Assembly: GCA_028865305.1 (NCBI GenBank)
Contig: JAGWKM010000002.1
Location: forward strand, 3,236-67,235
From: Patescibacteria group bacterium
GTDB lineage: Bacteria > Patescibacteriota > Minisyncoccia > UBA6257 > 2-01-FULL-56-20
Reading direction: 5' to 3'
Length of the DNA stretch: 64,000 nt
The position numbers were made by a program, and so were the translations under genes. Shown piece after piece: positions 61,131 through 64,000 of the stretch; the first letter of the stretch is position 1, and each line of letters starts with the position of its first letter. Under the pieces are notes generated by a model. It did not search any database. It was not told the origin of the DNA and saw nothing but the letters and a program-made list of their open reading frames with translations.

Positions 61131-61688
61131 ATGTCCGGCCATTCCCATTGGGCAGGAATCAAACATAAGAAGGAGATCACCGACCAGAAGCGCGGAAAGG
61201 TCTTTTCTAAGCTCCTAGCGGCTATTTCAGTTGCCGCAAAAACGGAGCCGAACCCGGATTTTAACCCGCGGCTGCGGACCGCTGTTTTAAAAGCCAAAGA
61301 GATGAGTGTGCCGCAGGATAATATTGACCGCGCCATTAAAAAGGCTTCCGAGAGCGGCGCTAATCTTGAAGAGTTGCTTTTTGAGGCCTATGGCCCGGGC
61401 AGCACGGCAATCCTGATTGAGGCCGTAAGCGACAACCGGAACCGAACCGTGCAGGAAATAAAGACCATTTTGCGCGATTGCGGAGGCAAATGGGCGGAGA
61501 ACGGAAGCGTGCAGTGGGCATTTGAGCGCGCCGCAGGCAATCAGCAGCCGGCAATCGGCGACCAGGAGGGGTGGGTTGCGAAATTCCCACAGGAAATTTC
61601 AGGGGAGGACGGGGAAAAACTGGCAAAACTTATTGACGCGCTCGAAGAAAATGAGGGTGTCCAGAATGTGTATACAAACGCGGCATAA
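61131..61688 (+). CDS. yebC: YebC/PmpR-family regulator (short form, 185 aa)
   Basis: MSGHSHWAGIKHKKEITDQKRGKVFSKL...NPRLRTAVLKAKEMSVPQDNIDRAIKK. Confidence 0.88.
   Translation: MSGHSHWAGIKHKKEITDQKRGKVFSKLLAAISVAAKTEPNPDFNPRLRTAVLKAKEMSVPQDNIDRAIKKASESGANLEELLFEAYGPGSTAILIEAVSDNRNRTVQEIKTILRDCGGKWAENGSVQWAFERAAGNQQPAIGDQEGWVAKFPQEISGEDGEKLAKLIDALEENEGVQNVYTNAA
61536..61570 (+). repeat. heptad array inside the yebC-like CDS
   Basis: ggcaatc agcagcc ggcaatc ggcgacc aggaggg. Encodes GNQQPAIGDQEG. Confidence 0.65.
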
Positions 61689-61734
61689 TTTTTGAAAAAA
61701 AAGGATTCCTGCCCCGCGGGAATAACGCTTACAC

Positions 61735-62208
61735 ATGATTTCATTAGGCATAGATCCGGGAACCCGCAGAATCGGCTATGGATTGGTCGAAAAAAAACAT
61801 GCTGACGTCGGATTTATCACAGCTGGCCTTCTAAAGATTGAAAGCAAAAATGATATTCCGGCCCTGGAGGAAGTCAAAAGGGAAATCGACCGATTGATCA
61901 AGCAATACCAACCCGACGTGGTCGCGGTTGAGAAACTTTATTTCGCAAAAAACCAAAAGACGGGTATTGCGGTTGCCCAGGCGCGCGGCGTCGTCCTTTT
62001 GGCCGCAGCCGAATGCGGCATTTCCGTCAAGGAATACACGCCAAATGAAATCAAACTCGGCGTGACGGGGTATGGCTTCGCGGACAAAAAAGCGGTCCTC
62101 AAAATGGTTCGGTTGATCTTAAATAAACAGGATTTGAAGATAATCGACGACGCGAGCGATGCGCTCGCCATCGCTATAATGGGGTGCGGCGAAATATCCA
62201 CAGCTTGA
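61735..62208 (+). CDS. ruvC: crossover junction endodeoxyribonuclease RuvC
   Basis: ISLGIDPGTRRIGYG, VAVEKLYF, DASDALAIAI catalytic acidic residues. Confidence 0.94.
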   Translation: MISLGIDPGTRRIGYGLVEKKHADVGFITAGLLKIESKNDIPALEEVKREIDRLIKQYQPDVVAVEKLYFAKNQKTGIAVAQARGVVLLAAAECGISVKEYTPNEIKLGVTGYGFADKKAVLKMVRLILNKQDLKIIDDASDALAIAIMGCGEISTA

Positions 62209-62274
62209 CACGGCTTCCTCCTTTCCTATACTAGGAACATTAAAATCAACAAAGGTCGCAGAACTGAAATTTCT

Positions 62275-62478
62275 ATGCAACTTACCGCAATCGAACTCCT
62301 TGACCCGCGGCTCGCGTTCAGTAAATTAAGCGACGATCCGGACGGCGGGGAGGATGAAGATTTCCAGCCGGACCAAGAAGATTTGGACGATGATGAAATG
62401 GAGGATGATGAAATGAATCGGCCGGATTTCGACGATACAAAGGATGATGGGGACGACGAGGAAGAACCGGGGGAATAA
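62275..62478 (+). CDS. hypothetical extremely acidic small protein (67 aa)
   Basis: ORF followed by a perfect 15-bp terminator hairpin. Roughly half of the residues are D/E. No SD seen. Confidence 0.5.
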   Translation: MQLTAIELLDPRLAFSKLSDDPDGGEDEDFQPDQEDLDDDEMEDDEMNRPDFDDTKDDGDDEEEPGE

Positions 62479-62483
62479 ACCGA

Positions 62484-62521
62484 AAACAGCCTTCCATCGT
62501 ATTTGATGGAAGGCTGTTTTT
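62484..62521 (+). terminator. rho-independent terminator
   Basis: AAACAGCCTTCCATC-gtattt-GATGGAAGGCTGTTT followed by a T-run. Confidence 0.85.
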
Positions 62522-62539
62522 ATTGCATAATAGAAGCTT

Positions 62540-64000
62540 ATGGAGGAAGAAAAACGTTTTTCTGCCAAGCAGATCCTTAAAATCGTCGGCTTAGCCATTG
62601 CGGCACTTGCAGTCGTCTTTTTCTGCGTCATCCTTTATTTCATCAAAACCCTGCCCACCTTTCAACAAATAGCGGATCAGCGGATCAGCCAATCGACCAG
62701 GATCTACGACCGCACGGGAACCGTCCTGCTTTATGAGATTGGTGGCCAAAAACGGACCGTGGTCGGCTCCGATCAGATCCCGCAGACCCTTAAGGATGCC
62801 ACTATTGCGATTGAGGACCAAAATTTTTACAATGAGCCGGCTTTTGATATCAAAGGGATCCTCCGCGCCGCTTTTGCCGATATCGTTCACGGAGGAATCG
62901 TACAGGGCGGCTCGACCATCACCCAGCAGCTCGCTCGGGCCGCATTTCTAACCGATACCCGAACGTTCACCCGAAAACTGAAAGAGTTGATTATGGCAAT
63001 CCGGCTGAACGAATATTATACCAAGGACCAAATCCTCGGACTCTATTTGAATGAAGTCCCTTATGGACCGACGCTTTACGGCGTTGAATCGGCGAGCGAG
63101 GCATATTTCGGCGTTCCCGTTGAACAACTTGATCTCGCGCAAAGCGCGGTCTTGGCCGCCCTTCCGCAGGCGCCGAGCTATTATTCGCCATGGGGCAGCC
63201 ACACCCAGGACCTTTTTAACCGACAGAAGTTAGTGCTCCAAAAAATGCTTTCTTTGGGGAAAATAGACCAAAAACAATACAACCAGGCTATTGCCGAAAA
63301 GATTGTTTTCCAGCCAAAATCACTTGGTGGCATTAAAGCGCCGCATTTTGTTATGGCAATCCAGGATTACCTGACTCAAAAATACGGCGAAGACATGGTG
63401 GATACCGGCGGATTAAAAGTGATTACCACTCTTGACTGGAGTTTGCAGCAAGACGCGGAAAAGGCGGTTGAGGATGGCGTCGCGCGGAATACGCAACTGT
63501 ACGACTCGACAAATGGCGCATTGGTTGCCGAAGATCCCCAAACCGGCCAAATCCTCGCCCTTGTTGGCTCTGCCGATTATTTCGATACGAAAAATGACGG
63601 TAATTTCGACGTCGCGATCCAAGGCCTGCGCCAGCCAGGATCTTCGTTAAAGCCGTTTGTTTACCTGACTGCCTTTGAGGAGGGTTATACGCCCGACACT
63701 ATCCTTTTTGACGTGCCGACCGAATTCAGCACGGATTCATCCTGCCCTGCAATTCCTAATTTTAATGTAGTTAATAAAAATTGCTTCCATCCGCAAGATT
63801 TCGAGGGATATTTCTCGGGGCCGATGACTATTCGGGATGCATTGGCGCAATCAGTGAACGTCCCCGCGGTGAAAATGCTTTACTTAGTCGGCGAAAAGAG
63901 TGCAATCCAGAATGCTTATAATTTCGGGTTAACCACTTTGACCGACCCTTCAAGTTATGGCTTATCATTGGTCCTTGGCGGCGGCGCAGTGCATTTGATC
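62540..64000 (+). CDS. class A penicillin-binding protein (PBP1A-like), partial, continues past window end
   Basis: Absent from the ORF track because it is open-ended. Manual translation: MEEEKRFSAKQILKIVGLAIAALAVVFF... GT51 motifs EDQNFYNEPAFD, GGSTITQQL and RKLKE. The transpeptidase SxxK (SSLKPF) lies near 63640. In frame to nt 64000. Confidence 0.9.
   Translation, partial: MEEEKRFSAKQILKIVGLAIAALAVVFFCVILYFIKTLPTFQQIADQRISQSTRIYDRTGTVLLYEIGGQKRTVVGSDQIPQTLKDATIAIEDQNFYNEPAFDIKGILRAAFADIVHGGIVQGGSTITQQLARAAFLTDTRTFTRKLKELIMAIRLNEYYTKDQILGLYLNEVPYGPTLYGVESASEAYFGVPVEQLDLAQSAVLAALPQAPSYYSPWGSHTQDLFNRQKLVLQKMLSLGKIDQKQYNQAIAEKIVFQPKSLGGIKAPHFVMAIQDYLTQKYGEDMVDTGGLKVITTLDWSLQQDAEKAVEDGVARNTQLYDSTNGALVAEDPQTGQILALVGSADYFDTKNDGNFDVAIQGLRQPGSSLKPFVYLTAFEEGYTPDTILFDVPTEFSTDSSCPAIPNFNVVNKNCFHPQDFEGYFSGPMTIRDALAQSVNVPAVKMLYLVGEKSAIQNAYNFGLTTLTDPSSYGLSLVLGGGAVHLI

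Overview
This is a 64-kb chromosomal window from a small-genome bacterium. The gene content looks Patescibacteria/CPR (Parcubacteria-like), which is inference only: PMT-family glycosyltransferase, type IV pilin plus PilB ATPase, H+-pyrophosphatase, RodZ-like protein, many short membrane-anchored hypotheticals, a short tmRNA, and tRNAs mostly without encoded CCA. I support about 60 protein genes on both strands, mostly housekeeping. They include a XerC/D-like recombinase, rpsO-NYN-pnp, recA, ftsK, prfB with the classical +1 frameshift, ftsEX, an OmpR-type regulator with a sensor-less histidine kinase, radC, dus, rlmB, glycerate kinase, ppsA, nusA, hppA, clpP, tyrS, infC-rpmI-rplT, pilB, yebC-ruvC and a partial PBP1A. 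RNA genes are tRNA-Leu(TAG), Thr(CGT), Ser(GGA), His(GTG) and a 308-nt tmRNA. I saw no rRNA, no CRISPR and no recognisable transposase. Five things are not explained by the gene list. (1) A pervasive family of degenerate 7-bp-periodic (heptad) arrays. They occur as inverted-array hairpins right after stop codons, as tandem tracts in front of genes, and in frame inside conserved proteins (PNPase, NusA, PpsA, NYN, YebC, PMT, response regulator). (2) A cassette-like set of membrane-anchored protein genes, each bracketed by the same 17-bp inverted repeat with conserved spacer modules, with an ~870-bp second copy next to tmRNA and a GIY-YIG gene. (3) Several 80-225-bp GC-rich multi-hairpin palindromic modules: after recA, after tRNA-Thr, after tmRNA, and between infC and rpmI. 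(4) Duplicated tRNA 3'-end or T-arm-like fragments. (5) Promoters placed 6-8 nt from start codons, suggesting leaderless mRNAs. All coordinates were read by eye and anchored on the ORF track. Small repeat and hairpin boundaries may be off by a few nt.
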